Positions 1 to 13,091 are shown, counted from the first letter of the stretch. The stretch: DNA of 64,000 nt from Eledone cirrhosa (GCA_964016885.1 OZ024743.1:316262001-316326000); one strand, 5' to 3'. Made by a program: numbers and translations. Notes: generated by a model from the letters alone, not told the origin.

Positions 1-34
1 TAGTCCATCGCCTTAACCGCTCGGACACGACGAC
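1..34 (-). tRNA. tRNA-Ser(AGA), partial (5' portion only; truncated by window edge)
   Basis: Matches 5' part of array consensus. Confidence 0.7.
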
Positions 35-268
35 ATTTGACGACTGCTAGCTCTCAGATTACTCTTTCAACAAACATTAAATATGTATTGTTTAATACTA
101 CTTGGGACAGTACAAGAAAACATCTTTATACGTAATACTCAGCCACTTACAATACAACTACATACATAGACACACTCAAAAGTCCTCAATACATGTTGTA
201 GAGTATATTTTAAATATTTCTGCGGTAAAATGGGAAAAATAAAAATATTTATAAAATGAAAGCTTAAA

Positions 269-350
269 CGTCGCCGATAGGATTCGAACCTATGCGGGGA
301 GACGCCAATGGATTTCTAGTCCATCGCCTTAACCACTCGGCAACGACGAC
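269..350 (-). tRNA. tRNA-Ser(AGA), variant
   Basis: G9T and variable-arm substitution. Confidence 0.75.
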
Positions 351-585
351 ATTTGACAACTGCTAGCTGTCAGATTACTCTTTCAACACACAATAAATAT
401 GTACTGTTTAAAACTGCTTGGGACAGTACAACAAAACATCTTTATACGTAATACTCAGCCACTTACAATACAACTAAATACATAGACACAGTCAAAAGTC
501 CTCAATACATGTTGTAAAGAATATTTTAAATATTTCTCCGGTAAAATTGGAAATATAAAAATATTTATTTTAAAAAATGATTAAA

Positions 586-667
586 CGTCGCCGATAGGAT
601 TCGAACCTATGCGGGGAGAGCCCAGTGGATTTCTAGTCCATCGCCTTGACCGCTCGGACACGACGAC
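586..667 (-). tRNA. tRNA-Ser(AGA), variant
   Basis: G10T, D-loop and variable-arm changes. Confidence 0.7.
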
Positions 668-901
668 ATTTGACGACTGCTAGCTCTCAGATTACTCTTT
701 CAACAAACATTAAATATGTATTGTTTAATACTACTTGGGACAGTACAAGAAAACATCTTTATACGTAATACTCAGCCACTTACAATACAACTACATACAT
801 AGACACACTCAAAAGTCCTCAATACATGTTGTAGAGTATATTTTAAATATTTCTGCGGTAAAATGGGAAAAATAAAAATATTTATAAAATGAAAGCTTAA
901 A

Positions 902-983
902 CGTCGCCGATAGGATTCGAACCTATGCGGGGAGACCCCAATGGATTTCTAGTCCATCGCCTTAACCACTCGGCCACGACGAC
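902..983 (-). tRNA. tRNA-Ser(AGA), intact consensus
   Basis: Full cloverleaf, loop CTAGAAA, long variable arm, G73, A and B boxes. Confidence 0.95.
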
Positions 984-1216
984 ATTTGACAACTGCTAGC
1001 TGTCAGATTACTCTTTCAACACACAATAAATATGTAGTTTAAAACTGCTTGGGGCAGTACAAGAAAACATCTTTATACGTAATACTCAGCCACTTACAAT
1101 ACAACTACATACATAGACACACTCAAAAGTCCTCAATACATGTTGTAGAGTATATTTTCAATATTTCTGCGGTAAAATTGGAAAAATAAAAATATTTATT
1201 TTAAAAAATGATTAAA

Positions 1217-1298
1217 CGTCGACGATAGGATTCGAACCTATGCGGGGAGACCCCAATGGATTTCTAGTCCATCGCCTTAACCGCTCGGCCACGACGAC
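1217..1298 (-). tRNA. tRNA-Ser(AGA), variant
   Basis: G68T acceptor-stem mismatch only. Confidence 0.85.
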
Positions 1299-1946
1299 GC
1301 CACTAATCGTTAACCTGCTGAGTTACTTTTATATCATGTAGGAAATGCTTTCCTACTAGAAGGTTAATTTCACGAGAACTCAATTCCGATCGTCAACCGA
1401 CGGATATTACCTCTAAGTTTACTCTTTCATCATCCATCAAATATACACGGTTTAGTAAGACAGGATATTGTGTGGAGCTGGTTTACTTTTGTAACTGGAG
1501 CTAATATAGTTTACTAGGAAGGGCATAAATATCTGTGCCTTGGTGTTTTACGAAGAAGTCAATTGATACCAAACAGATAAAGACGCTAACTTACACCACA
1601 TATATATACTTATCTGGAAAAACCTCATTCGAGCCGTATTTCATAGGACCAGCGCTGTCACATATTGTGACACACTGAATCTCCCTGAGAACTCCGTTAA
1701 GAATACATGTCTGAAGAATACTTTCATACTGGCATTCTATTCCGTTAATCAAATAACTGTAACACGCATCGTCTTAAACGAGGCATGTCTATTACACCGT
1801 ATACACCGCCGTGACCATCCCCTCTTATCTCTGTGAAATATTGTGGTGTTGTCGTTCGTGGTGGCAACAACTGTTCATATATGAAGAAGAAATATTACAA
1901 TAGTAAAAAATTAACAAAATTATTTACGAAAGAAAAAAGGATTATA

Positions 1947-2028
1947 CGTCGCCGATAGATTTCGAACCTATGCGGGGAGACCCCAATGGATTTCTAGTCC
2001 ATCGCCTTAACCGCTCGGCCACGACGAC
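1947..2028 (-). tRNA. tRNA-Ser(AGA), B-box variant (possible pseudogene)
   Basis: T60A/C61T. Confidence 0.7.
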
Positions 2029-2262
2029 ATTTGATAACTGCTAGCTGTCAGATTACTCTTTCAACAAACATTAAATATGTACTGTTTAATACTGCTTGGG
2101 ACAGTACAAGAAAACATCTTTATACGTAATACTCAGCCACTTACAATACAACTAAATACATAGACACACTCAAAAGTCCTCAATACATGTTGTAGAGTAT
2201 ATTTTAAATATTTCTGCGGTAAAATGGGAAAAATAAAAATATTTAGAAAATGAAAGCTTAAA

Positions 2263-2344
2263 CGTCGCTGATAGGATTCGAACCTAAGCGGGGAGACCCC
2301 AATGGATTTCTAGTCCATCGCCATAACCGCTCGACCATAACGAC
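2263..2344 (-). tRNA. tRNA-Ser(AGA), degenerate variant
   Basis: Several acceptor, D-arm and T-stem changes. Confidence 0.65.
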
Positions 2345-2579
2345 ATTTGACAACTGCTAGCTGTCAGATTACTCTTTCAACAAACATTAAATATGTACTG
2401 TTTAATACTGCTTGGGACAGTACAAGAAAACATCTTTATACGTAATACTCAGCCACTTACAATACAACTAAATACATAGACACACTCAAAAGTCCTCAAT
2501 ACATGTTGTAGAGTATATTTCAAATATTTTTCCGGTAAAATTGGAAAAATAAAAATATTTATTTTTAAAAATGATTAAA

Positions 2580-2661
2580 CGTCGCCGATAGAATTCGAAC
2601 CTATGCGGGGAGAGCCCAGTGGATTTCTAGTCCATCGCCTTAACCGCTCGGACACGACGAC
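2580..2661 (-). tRNA. tRNA-Ser(AGA), degenerate variant
   Basis: C61T, G10T, variable-arm changes. Confidence 0.65.
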
Positions 2662-2895
2662 ATTTGACGACTGCTAGCTCTCAGATTACTCTTTCAACAA
2701 ACATTAAATATGTATTGTTTAATACTACTTGGGACAGTACAAGAAAACATCTTTATACGTAATACTCAGCCACTTACAATACAACTACATACATAGACAC
2801 ACTCAAAAGTCCTCAATACATGTTGTAGAGTATATTTTAAATATTTCTGCGGTAAAATGGGAAAAATAAAAATATTTATAAAATGAAAGCTTAAA

Positions 2896-2977
2896 CGTCG
2901 CCGATAGGATTCGAACCTATGCGGGGAGACGCCAATGGATTTCTAGTCCATCGCCTTAACCACTCGGCCACGACGAC
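2896..2977 (-). tRNA. tRNA-Ser(AGA), variant
   Basis: Single variable-arm substitution. Confidence 0.85.
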
Positions 2978-3212
2978 ATTTGACAACTGCTAGCTGTCAG
3001 ATTACTCTTTCAACACACAATAAATATGTACTGTTTAAAACTGCTTGGGACAGTACAACAAAACATCTTTATACGTAATACTCAGCCACTTACAATACAA
3101 CTAAATACATAGACACAGTCAAAAGTCCTCAATACATGTTGTAAAGAATATTTTAAATATTTCTCCGGTAAAATTGGAAATATAAAAATATTTATTTTAA
3201 AAAGTGATTAAA

Positions 3213-3294
3213 CGTCGCCGATAGGATTCGAACCTATGCGGGGAGAGCCCAGTGGATTTCTAGTCCATCGCCTTGACCGCTCGGACACGACGAC
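3213..3294 (-). tRNA. tRNA-Ser(AGA), variant
   Basis: Same haplotype as 586-667. Confidence 0.7.
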
Positions 3295-3529
3295 ATTTGA
3301 CGACTGCTAGCTCTCAGATTACTCTTTCAACAAACATTAAATATGTATTGTTTAATACTACTTGGGACAGTACAAGAAAACATCTTTATACGTAATACTC
3401 AGCCACTTACAATACAACTACATACATAGACACACTCAAAAGTCCTCAATACATGTTGTAGAGTATATTTTCAATATTTCTGCGGTAAAATTGGAAAAAT
3501 AAAAATATTTATTTTAAAAAATGATTAAA

Positions 3530-3611
3530 CGTCGACGATAGGATTCGAACCTATGCGGGGAGACCCCAATGGATTTCTACACCATCGCCTTAACCGCTCG
3601 GCCACGACGAC
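3530..3611 (-). tRNA. tRNA-Ser(AGA), variant
   Basis: G68T, A31T/C32G in anticodon arm. Confidence 0.7.
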
Positions 3612-4259
3612 GCCACTAATCGTTAACCTGCTGAGTTACTTTTATATCATGTAGGAAATGCTTTCCTACTAGAAGGTTAATTTCACGAGAACTCAATTCC
3701 GATCGTCAACCGACGGATATTACCTCTAAGTTTACTCTTTCATCATCCATCAAATATACACGGTTTAGTAAGACAGGATATTGTGTGGAGCTGGTTTACT
3801 TTTGTAACTGGAGCTAATATAGTTTACTAGGAAGGGCATAAATATCTGTGCCTTGGTGTTTTACGAACAAGTCAATTGATACCAAACAGATAAAGACGCT
3901 AACTTACACCACATATATATACTTAGCTGGAAAAACCTCATTCGAGCCGTATTTCATAGGACCAGCGCTGTCACATATTGTGACACACTGAATCTCCCTG
4001 AGAACTCCGTTAAGAATACATGTCTGAAGAATACTTTCATACTGGCATTCTATTCCGTTAATCAAATAACTGTAACACCCATCGTCTTAAACGAGGCATG
4101 TCTATTACACCGTATACACCGCCGTGACCATCCCCTCTTATCTCTGTGAAATATTGTGGTGTTGACGTCCGTGGTGGCAACAACTGTTCATATATGAAGA
4201 AGAAATATTACAATAGTAAAAAATTAACAAAATTATTTACGAAAGAAAAAAGGATTACA

Positions 4260-4341
4260 CGTCGCCGATAGATTTCGAACCAATGCGGGGAGACCCCAAT
4301 GGATTTCTAGTCCATCGCCTTAACCGCTCGGCCACGACGAC
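4260..4341 (-). tRNA. tRNA-Ser(AGA), B-box variant (possible pseudogene)
   Basis: T60A/C61T plus T-stem change. Confidence 0.65.
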
Positions 4342-4575
4342 ATTTGATAACTGCTAGCTGTCAGATTACTCTTTCAACAAACATTAAATATGTACTGTTT
4401 AATACTGCTTGGGACAGTAGAAGAAAACATCTTTATACGTAATACTCAGCCACTTACAATACAACTACATACATAGACACAGTCAAAAGTCCTCAATACA
4501 TGTTGTAGAGTATATTTTAAATATTTCTGCGGTAAAATGGGAAAAATAAAAATATTTATAAAATGAAAGCGTAAA

Positions 4576-4657
4576 CGTGGCCGATAGGATTCGAACCTAT
4601 GCGGGGAGACCCCAATGGATTTCTAGTCCATCGCCTTAACCGCTCGGCCACGACGAC
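4576..4657 (-). tRNA. tRNA-Ser(AGA), variant
   Basis: G70C (C3:C70 mismatch) only. Confidence 0.85.
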
Positions 4658-4891
4658 ATTTGACGACTGCTAGCTCTCAGATTACTCTTTCAACAAACAT
4701 TAAATATGTACTGTTTAATACTGCTTGGGACAGTACAAGAAAACATCTTTATACGTAATACTCAGCCACTTACAATACAACTACATACATAGACACACTC
4801 AAAAGTCCTCAATACATGTTGTAGAGTATATTTTAAATATTTCTGCGGTAAAATGGGAAAAATAAAAATATATATAAAATGAAAGCGTAAA

Positions 4892-4973
4892 CGTGGCCGA
4901 TAGGATTCGAACCTATGCGGGGAGACCCCAATGGATTTCTAGTCCATCGCCATAACCGCTCGACCACGACGAC
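4892..4973 (-). tRNA. tRNA-Ser(AGA), variant
   Basis: G70C plus two D-arm changes. Confidence 0.75.
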
Positions 4974-5208
4974 ATTTGACAACTGATAGCTGTCAGATTA
5001 CTCTTTCAACAAACATTAAATATGTACTGTTTAATACTGCTTGGGACAGTACAAGAAAACATCTTTATACGTAATACTCAGCCACTTACAATACGACTAA
5101 ATACATAGACACAGTCAAAAGTCCTCAATATATGTTGTAGAGAATATTTTAAATATTTCTCCGGTAAAATTGGAAAAATAAAAATATTTATTTTAAAAAA
5201 TGATTAAA

Positions 5209-5290
5209 CGTCGCCGATAGGATTCGAATCTATGCGGGGAGACCCCAATGGATTTCTAGTCCATCGCCTTAACCGCTCGGCCACGACGAC
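5209..5290 (-). tRNA. tRNA-Ser(AGA), B-box variant
   Basis: G53A. Confidence 0.75.
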
Positions 5291-5524
5291 ATTTGACAAC
5301 TGCTAGCTCTCAGATTACTCTTTCAACAAACATTAAATATGTACTGTTTAATACTGCTTGGGACAGTACAAGAAAACATCTTTATACGTAATACTCAGCC
5401 ACTTACAATACAACTACATACATAGACACACTCAAAAGTCCTCAATACATGTTGTAGAGTATATTTTACATATTTCTGCGGTAAAATGGGAAAAATAAAA
5501 ATATTTATAAAATGAAAGCTTAAA

Positions 5525-5606
5525 CGTCGCCGATAGGATTCGAACCTATGCGGGGAGACCCCAATGGATTTCTAGTCCATCGCCTTAACCACTCGGCCAC
5601 GACGAC
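5525..5606 (-). tRNA. tRNA-Ser(AGA), intact consensus
   Basis: Full cloverleaf. Confidence 0.95.
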
Positions 5607-5841
5607 ATTTGACAACTGCTAGCTGTCAGATTACTCTTTCAACACACAATAAATATGTACTGTTTAAAACTGCTTGGGACAGTACAACAAAACATCTTTA
5701 TACGTAATACTCAGCCACTTACAATACAACTACATACATAGACACAGTCAAAAGTCCTCAATACATGTTGTAGAGAATATTTTAAATATTTCTCCGGTAA
5801 AATTGGAAAAATAAAAATATTTATTTTATAAAATGATTAAA

Positions 5842-5923
5842 CGTCGCCGATAGGATTCGAACCTATGCGGGGAGACCCCAATGGATTTCTAGTCCATCGC
5901 CTTAACCGCTCGGCCACGACGAC
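5842..5923 (-). tRNA. tRNA-Ser(AGA), intact consensus
   Basis: Full cloverleaf; long spacer is its 5' flank. Confidence 0.95.
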
Positions 5924-6571
5924 GCCACTAATCGTTAGCCTGCTGAGTTACTTTTATATCATGTAGGAAATGCTATCCTACTAGAAGGTTAATTTCACGA
6001 GAACTCAATTCCGATCGTCAACCGACGGATATTACCTTTAAGATTACTCTTTCATCATTCATCAAATATACACCGTTTAGTAAGACAGGATATTGTGTGG
6101 AGCTCGTTTACTTTTGTAACTGGAGCTAATATAGTTTACTAGGAAGGGCATAAATATCTCTGCCTTGGTGTTTTACGAAGAAGTCAATTGATACCAAACA
6201 GATAAGGACGCTAACTTACACCACATATATATACTTAGCTGGAAAAACCTCATTCGAGCCGTATTTCATAGGACCAGCGCTGTCACATATTGTGACACAC
6301 TGAATCTCCCTGAGAACTCCGTTAAAAATACATGTCTGAAGAATACTTTCATACTGGCATTCTATTCCGTTAATCAAATAACTGTAACACCCATCGTCTT
6401 AAACGAGGCATGTCTATTACACCGTATACACCGCCGTGACCATCCCCTCTTATCTCTGTGAAATATTGTGGTGTTGACGTCCGTGGTGGCAACAACTGTT
6501 CATATATGAAGAAGAAATATTACAATAGTAAAAAATTAACAAAATTATTTACGAAAGAAAAAAGGATTAAA

Positions 6572-6653
6572 CGTCGCCGATAGATTTCGAACCTATGCGG
6601 GGAGACCGCAATGGATTTCTAGTCCATCGCCTTAACCGCTCGGCCACGACGAC
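6572..6653 (-). tRNA. tRNA-Ser(AGA), B-box variant (possible pseudogene)
   Basis: T60A/C61T, variable-arm change. Confidence 0.65.
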
Positions 6654-6887
6654 ATTTGACAACTGCTAGCTGTCAGATTACTCTTTCAACAAACATTAAA
6701 TATGTACTGTTTAATACTGCTTGGGACAGTACAAGAAAACATCTTTATACGTAATACTCAGCCACTTACAATACAACTACATACATAGACACACTCAAAA
6801 GTCCTCAATACATGTTGTAGAGTATATTTTAAATATTTCTGCGGTAAAATGGGAAAAATAAAAATATTTATAAAATGAAAGCGTAAA

Positions 6888-6969
6888 CGTGGCCGATTGG
6901 ATTCGAACCTATGCGGGGAGACCCCAATGGATTTCTAGTCCATCGCCTTAACCGCCCGGCCACGACGAC
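6888..6969 (-). tRNA. tRNA-Ser(AGA), degenerate variant
   Basis: G70C, T63A, A14G. Confidence 0.65.
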
Positions 6970-7203
6970 ATTTGACAACTGCTAGCTGTCAGATTACTCT
7001 TTCAACAAACATTAAATATGTACTGTTTAATACTGCTTGGGACAGTACAAGAAAACATCTTTATACGTAATACTCAGGCACTTACAATACAACTACATAC
7101 ATAGACACAGTCAAAAGTCGTCAATACATGTTGTAGAGTATATTTTAAATATTTCTGCGGTAAAATGGGAAAAATAAAAATATTTATAAAATGAAAGCGT
7201 AAA

Positions 7204-7285
7204 CGTGGCCGATAGGATTCGAACCTATGCGGGGAGACCCCAATGGATTTCTAGTCCATCGCCTTAACCGCTCGGCCACTACGAC
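7204..7285 (-). tRNA. tRNA-Ser(AGA), variant
   Basis: G70C, C6A. Confidence 0.75.
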
Positions 7286-7519
7286 ATTTGACAACTGCTA
7301 GCTGTCAGATTACTCTTTCAACAAACATTAAATATGTACTGTTTAATACTGCTTGGGACAGTACAAGAAAACATCTTTATACCTAATACTCAGCCACTTA
7401 CAATACAACTACATACATAGACACAGTCAAAAGTCCTCAATACATGTTGTAGAGTATATTTTAAATATTTCTCCGGTAAAATTGGAAAAATAAAAATATT
7501 TATAAAATGAAAGCGTAAA

Positions 7520-7601
7520 CGTGGCCGATAGGATTCGAACCTATGCGGGGAGAGCCCAGTGGATTTCTAGTCCATCGCCTTAACCGCTCGGACACGACGA
7601 C
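7520..7601 (-). tRNA. tRNA-Ser(AGA), variant
   Basis: G70C, G10T, variable-arm changes. Confidence 0.7.
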
Positions 7602-7835
7602 ATTTGACGACTGCTAGCTCTCAGATTACTCTTTCAACAAACATTAAATATGTATTGTTTAATAATACTTGGGACAGTACAAGAAAACATCTTTATACGT
7701 AATACTCAGCCACTTACAATACAACTACATACATAGACACACTCAAAAGTCCTCAATACATGTTGTAGAGTATATTTTAAATATTTCTGCGGTAAAATGG
7801 GAAAAATAAAAATATTTATAAAATGAAAGCTTAAA

Positions 7836-7916
7836 CGTCGCCGATAGGATTCGAACCTATGCGGGGAGACCCCAATGGTTTCTAGTCCATCGCCATAACC
7901 GCTCGACTACGACGAC
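7836..7916 (-). tRNA. tRNA-Ser(AGA), likely pseudogene
   Basis: 1-nt deletion in anticodon stem, D-arm changes. Confidence 0.6.
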
Positions 7917-8150
7917 ATTTGACAACTGCTAGCTGTCAGATTACTCTTTCAACAAACATTAAATATGTACTGTTTAATACTGCTTGGGACAGTAGAAGAA
8001 AACATCTTTATACGTAATACTCAGCCACTTACAATACAACTACATACATAGACACACTCAAAAGTCCTCAATACATGTTGTAGAGTATATTTTAAATATT
8101 TCTGCGGTAAAATGGGAAAAATAAAAATATTTATAAAATGAAAGCTTAAA

Positions 8151-8233
8151 CGTCGCCGATAGGATTCGAACCTATGCGGAGAGACCCCAAAGGGATTTCT
8201 AGTCCATCGCCTTAACCGCTCGACCACGACGAC
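8151..8233 (-). tRNA. tRNA-Ser(AGA), likely pseudogene
   Basis: 1-nt insertion and substitutions in anticodon stem/variable arm. Confidence 0.6.
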
Positions 8234-8468
8234 ATTTGACAATTGCTAGCTGTCAGATTACTCTTTCAACAAACATTAAATATGTACTGTTTAATACTGC
8301 TTGGGACAGTACAAGAAAACATCTTTATACGTAATACTCAGCCACTTACAATACAACTAAATACATAGACACACTCAAAAGTCCTCAATACATGTTGTAG
8401 AGTATATTTCAAATATTTCTCCGCTAAAATTGGAAAAATAAAAATATTTATTTTAAAAAATGATTAAA

Positions 8469-8550
8469 CGTCGCCGATAGGATTCGAACCTATGCGGGGA
8501 GACCCCAATGGATTTCTAGTCCATCGCCTTAACCGCTCGGCCACGACGAC
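8469..8550 (-). tRNA. tRNA-Ser(AGA), intact consensus
   Basis: Full cloverleaf; long spacer upstream. Confidence 0.95.
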
Positions 8551-9198
8551 GCCACTAATCGTTAGCCTGCTGAGTTACTTTTATATCATGTAGGAAATGC
8601 TTTCCTACTAGAAGGTTAATTTCACGAGAACTCAATTCCGATCGTCAACCGACGGATATTAAATCTAAGATTACTCTTTCATCATTCATCAAATATACAC
8701 GGTTTAGTAAGACAGGATATTGTGTGGAGCTGGTTTACTTTTGTAACTGGAGCTAATATAGTTTACTAGGAAGGGCATAAATATCTCTGCCTTGGTGTTT
8801 TACGAACAAGTCAATTGATACCAAACAGATAAAGACGCTAACTTACACCACATATATATACTTAGCTGGAAAAACCTCATTCGAGCCGTATTTCATAGGA
8901 CCAGCGCTGTCACATATTGTGACACACTGAATCTCCCTGAGAACTCCGTTAAGAATACATGTCTGAAGAATACTTTCATACTGGCATTCTATTCCGTTAA
9001 TCAAATAACTGTAACACCCATCGTCTTAAACGAGGCATGTCTATTACACCGTATACACCGCCGTGACCATCCCCTCTTATCTCTGTGAAATATTGTGGTG
9101 TTGACGTCCGTGGTGGCAACAACTGTTCATATATGAAGAAGAAATATTACAATAGTAAAAAATTAACAAAATTATTTACGAAAGAAAAAAGGATTATA

Positions 9199-9280
9199 CG
9201 TCGCCGATAGATTTCGAACCTATGCGGGGTGACCCCAATGCATTTCTAGTCCATCGCCTTAACCGCTCGGCCACGACGAC
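9199..9280 (-). tRNA. tRNA-Ser(AGA), likely pseudogene
   Basis: T60A/C61T, C40G, variable-loop change. Confidence 0.6.
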
Positions 9281-9514
9281 ATTTAACGACTGCTAGCTCT
9301 CAGATTACTCTTTCAACAAACATTAAATATGTACTGTTTAATACTGCTTGGGACAGTAGAAGAAAACATCTTTATACGTAATACTCAGCCACTTACAATA
9401 CAACTACATACATAGACACAGTCAAAAGTCCTCAATACATGTTGTAGAGTATATTTTAAATATTTCTGCGGTAAAATGGGAAAAATAAAAATATTTATAA
9501 AATGAAAGCGTAAA

Positions 9515-9596
9515 CGTGGCCGATAGGATTCGAACCTATGCGGGGAGACCCCAATGGATTTCTAGTCCATCGCCTTAACCGCTCGGCCACGACGAC
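9515..9596 (-). tRNA. tRNA-Ser(AGA), variant
   Basis: G70C only. Confidence 0.85.
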
Positions 9597-9830
9597 ATTT
9601 GACGACTGCTAGCTCTCAGATTACTCTTTCAACAAACATTAAATATGTACTGTTTAATACTGCTTGGGACAGTACAAGAAAACATCTTTATACGTAATAC
9701 TCAGCCACTTACAATACAACTACATACATAGACACACTCAAAAGTCCTCAATACATGTTGTAGAGTATATTTTAAATATTTCTGCGGTAAAATGGGAAAA
9801 ATAAAAATATATATAAAATGAAAGCGTAAA

Positions 9831-9912
9831 CGTGGCCGATAGGATTCGAACCTATGCGGGGAGACCCCAATGGATTTCTAGTCCATCGCCATAACCGCTC
9901 GACCACGACGAC
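9831..9912 (-). tRNA. tRNA-Ser(AGA), variant
   Basis: G70C plus D-arm changes. Confidence 0.75.
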
Positions 9913-10147
9913 ATTTGACAACTGATAGCTGTCAGATTACTCTTTCAACAAACATTAAATATGTACTGTTTAATACTGCTTGGGACAGTACAAGAAAACA
10001 TCTTTATACGTAATACTCAGCCACTTACAATACGACTAAATACATAGACACAGTCAAAAGTCCTCAATATATGTTGTAGAGAATATTTTAAATATTTCTC
10101 CGGTAAAATTGGAAAAATAAAAATATTTATTTTAAAAAATGATTAAA

Positions 10148-10229
10148 CGTCGCCGATAGGATTCGAATCTATGCGGGGAGACCCCAATGGATTTCTAGTC
10201 CATCGCCTTAACCGCTCGGCCACGACGAC
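10148..10229 (-). tRNA. tRNA-Ser(AGA), B-box variant
   Basis: G53A. Confidence 0.75.
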
Positions 10230-10463
10230 ATTTGACAACTGCTAGCTCTCAGATTACTCTTTCAACAAACATTAAATATGTACTGTTTAATACTGCTTGG
10301 GACAGTACAAGAAAACATCTTTATACGTAATACTCAGCCACTTACAATACAACTACATACATAGACACACTCAAAAGTCCTCAATACATGTTGTAGAGTA
10401 TATTTTACATATTTCTGCGGTAAAATGGGAAAAATAAAAATATTTATAAAATGAAAGCTTAAA

Positions 10464-10545
10464 CGTCGCCGATAGGATTCGAACCTATGCGGGGAGACCC
10501 CAATGGATTTCTAGTCCATCGCCTTAACCACTCGGCCACGACGAC
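10464..10545 (-). tRNA. tRNA-Ser(AGA), intact consensus
   Basis: Full cloverleaf. Confidence 0.95.
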
Positions 10546-10780
10546 ATTTGACAACTGCTAGCTGTCAGATTACTCTTTCAACACACAATAAATATGTACT
10601 GTTTAAAACTGCTTGGGACAGTACAACAAAACATCTTTATACGTAATACTCAGCCACTTACAATACAACTACATACATAGACACAGTCAAAAGTCCTCAA
10701 TACATGTTGTAGAGAATATTTTAAATATTTCTCCGGTAAAATTGGAAAAATAAAAATATTTATTTTATAAAATGATTAAA

Positions 10781-10862
10781 CGTCGCCGATAGGATTCGAA
10801 CCTATGCGGGGAGACCCCAATGGATTTCTAGTCCATCGCCTTAACCGCTCGGCCACGACGAC
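10781..10862 (-). tRNA. tRNA-Ser(AGA), intact consensus
   Basis: Full cloverleaf; long spacer upstream. Confidence 0.95.
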
Positions 10863-11510
10863 GCCACTAATCGTTAGCCTGCTGAGTTACTTTTATATCA
10901 TGTAGGAAATGCTATCCTACTAGAAGGTTAATTTCACGAGAACTCAATTCCGATCGTCAACCGACGGATATTACCTTTAAGATTACTCTTTCATCATTCA
11001 TCAAATATACACCGTTTAGTAAGACAGGATATTGTGTGGAGCTCGTTTACTTTTGTAACTGGAGCTAATATAGTTTACTAGGAAGGGCATAAATATCTCT
11101 GCCTTGGTGTTTTACGAAGAAGTCAATTGATACCAAACAGATAAGGACGCTAACTTACACCACATATATATACTTAGCTGGAAAAACCTCATTCGAGCCG
11201 TATTTCATAGGACCAGCGCTGTCACATATTGTGACACACTGAATCTCCCTGAGAACTCCGTTAAAAATACATGTCTGAAGAATACTTTCATACTGGCATT
11301 CTATTCCGTTAATCAAATAACTGTAACACCCATCGTCTTAAACGAGGCATGTCTATTACACCGTATACACCGCCGTGACCATCCCCTCTTATCTCTGTGA
11401 AATATTGTGGTGTTGACGTCCGTGGTGGCAACAACTGTTCATATATGAAGAAGAAATATTACAATAGTAAAAAATTAACAAAATTATTTACGAAAGAAAA
11501 AAGGATTAAA

Positions 11511-11592
11511 CGTCGCCGATAGATTTCGAACCTATGCGGGGAGACCGCAATGGATTTCTAGTCCATCGCCTTAACCGCTCGGCCACGACGAC
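11511..11592 (-). tRNA. tRNA-Ser(AGA), B-box variant (possible pseudogene)
   Basis: T60A/C61T, variable-arm change. Confidence 0.65.
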
Positions 11593-11826
11593 ATTTGACA
11601 ACTGCTAGCTGTCAGATTACTCTTTCAACAAACATTAAATATGTACTGTTTAATACTGCTTGGGACAGTACAAGAAAACATCTTTATACGTAATACTCAG
11701 CCACTTACAATACAACTACATACATAGACACACTCAAAAGTCCTCAATACATGTTGTAGAGTATATTTTAAATATTTCTGCGGTAAAATGGGAAAAATAA
11801 AAATATTTATAAAATGAAAGCGTAAA

Positions 11827-11908
11827 CGTGGCCGATTGGATTCGAACCTATGCGGGGAGACCCCAATGGATTTCTAGTCCATCGCCTTAACCGCCCGGCC
11901 ACGACGAC
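11827..11908 (-). tRNA. tRNA-Ser(AGA), degenerate variant
   Basis: G70C, T63A, A14G. Confidence 0.65.
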
Positions 11909-12142
11909 ATTTGACAACTGCTAGCTGTCAGATTACTCTTTCAACAAACATTAAATATGTACTGTTTAATACTGCTTGGGACAGTACAAGAAAACATCTT
12001 TATACGTAATACTCAGGCACTTACAATACAACTACATACATAGACACAGTCAAAAGTCGTCAATACATGTTGTAGAGTATATTTTAAATATTTCTGCGGT
12101 AAAATGGGAAAAATAAAAATATTTATAAAATGAAAGCGTAAA

Positions 12143-12224
12143 CGTGGCCGATAGGATTCGAACCTATGCGGGGAGAGCCCAGTGGATTTCTAGTCCATCG
12201 CCTTAACCGCTCGGACACGACGAC
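12143..12224 (-). tRNA. tRNA-Ser(AGA), variant
   Basis: G70C, G10T, variable-arm changes. Confidence 0.7.
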
Positions 12225-12458
12225 ATTTGACGACTGCTAGCTCTCAGATTACTCTTTCAACAAACATTAAATATGTATTGTTTAATAATACTTGGGACAG
12301 TACAAGAAAACATCTTTATACGTAATACTCAGCCACTTACAATACAACTACATACATAGACACACTCAAAAGTCCTCAATACATGTTGTAGAGTATATTT
12401 TAAATATTTCTGCGGTAAAATGGGAAAAATAAAAATATTTATAAAATGAAAGCTTAAA

Positions 12459-12539
12459 CGTCGCCGATAGGATTCGAACCTATGCGGGGAGACCCCAATG
12501 GTTTCTAGTCCATCGCCATAACCGCTCGACTACGACGAC
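12459..12539 (-). tRNA. tRNA-Ser(AGA), likely pseudogene
   Basis: 1-nt deletion in anticodon stem. Confidence 0.6.
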
Positions 12540-12773
12540 ATTTGACAACTGCTAGCTGTCAGATTACTCTTTCAACAAACATTAAATATGTACTGTTTAA
12601 TACTGCTTGGGACAGTAGAAGAAAACATCTTTATACGTAATACTCAGCCACTTACAATACAACTACATACATAGACACACTCAAAAGTCCTCAATACATG
12701 TTGTAGAGTATATTTTAAATATTTCTGCGGTAAAATGGGAAAAATAAAAATATTTATAAAATGAAAGCTTAAA

Positions 12774-12856
12774 CGTCGCCGATAGGATTCGAACCTATGC
12801 GGAGAGACCCCAAAGGGATTTCTAGTCCATCGCCTTAACCGCTCGACCACGACGAC
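12774..12856 (-). tRNA. tRNA-Ser(AGA), likely pseudogene
   Basis: 1-nt insertion haplotype. Confidence 0.6.
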
Positions 12857-13091
12857 ATTTGACAATTGCTAGCTGTCAGATTACTCTTTCAACAAACATT
12901 AAATATGTACTGTTTAATACTGCTTGGGACAGTACAAGAAAACATCTTTATACGTAATACTCAGCCACTTACAATACAACTAAATACATAGACACACTCA
13001 AAAGTCCTCAATACATGTTGTAGAGTATATTTCAAATATTTCTCCGCTAAAATTGGAAAAATAAAAATATTTATTTTAAAAAATGATTAAA

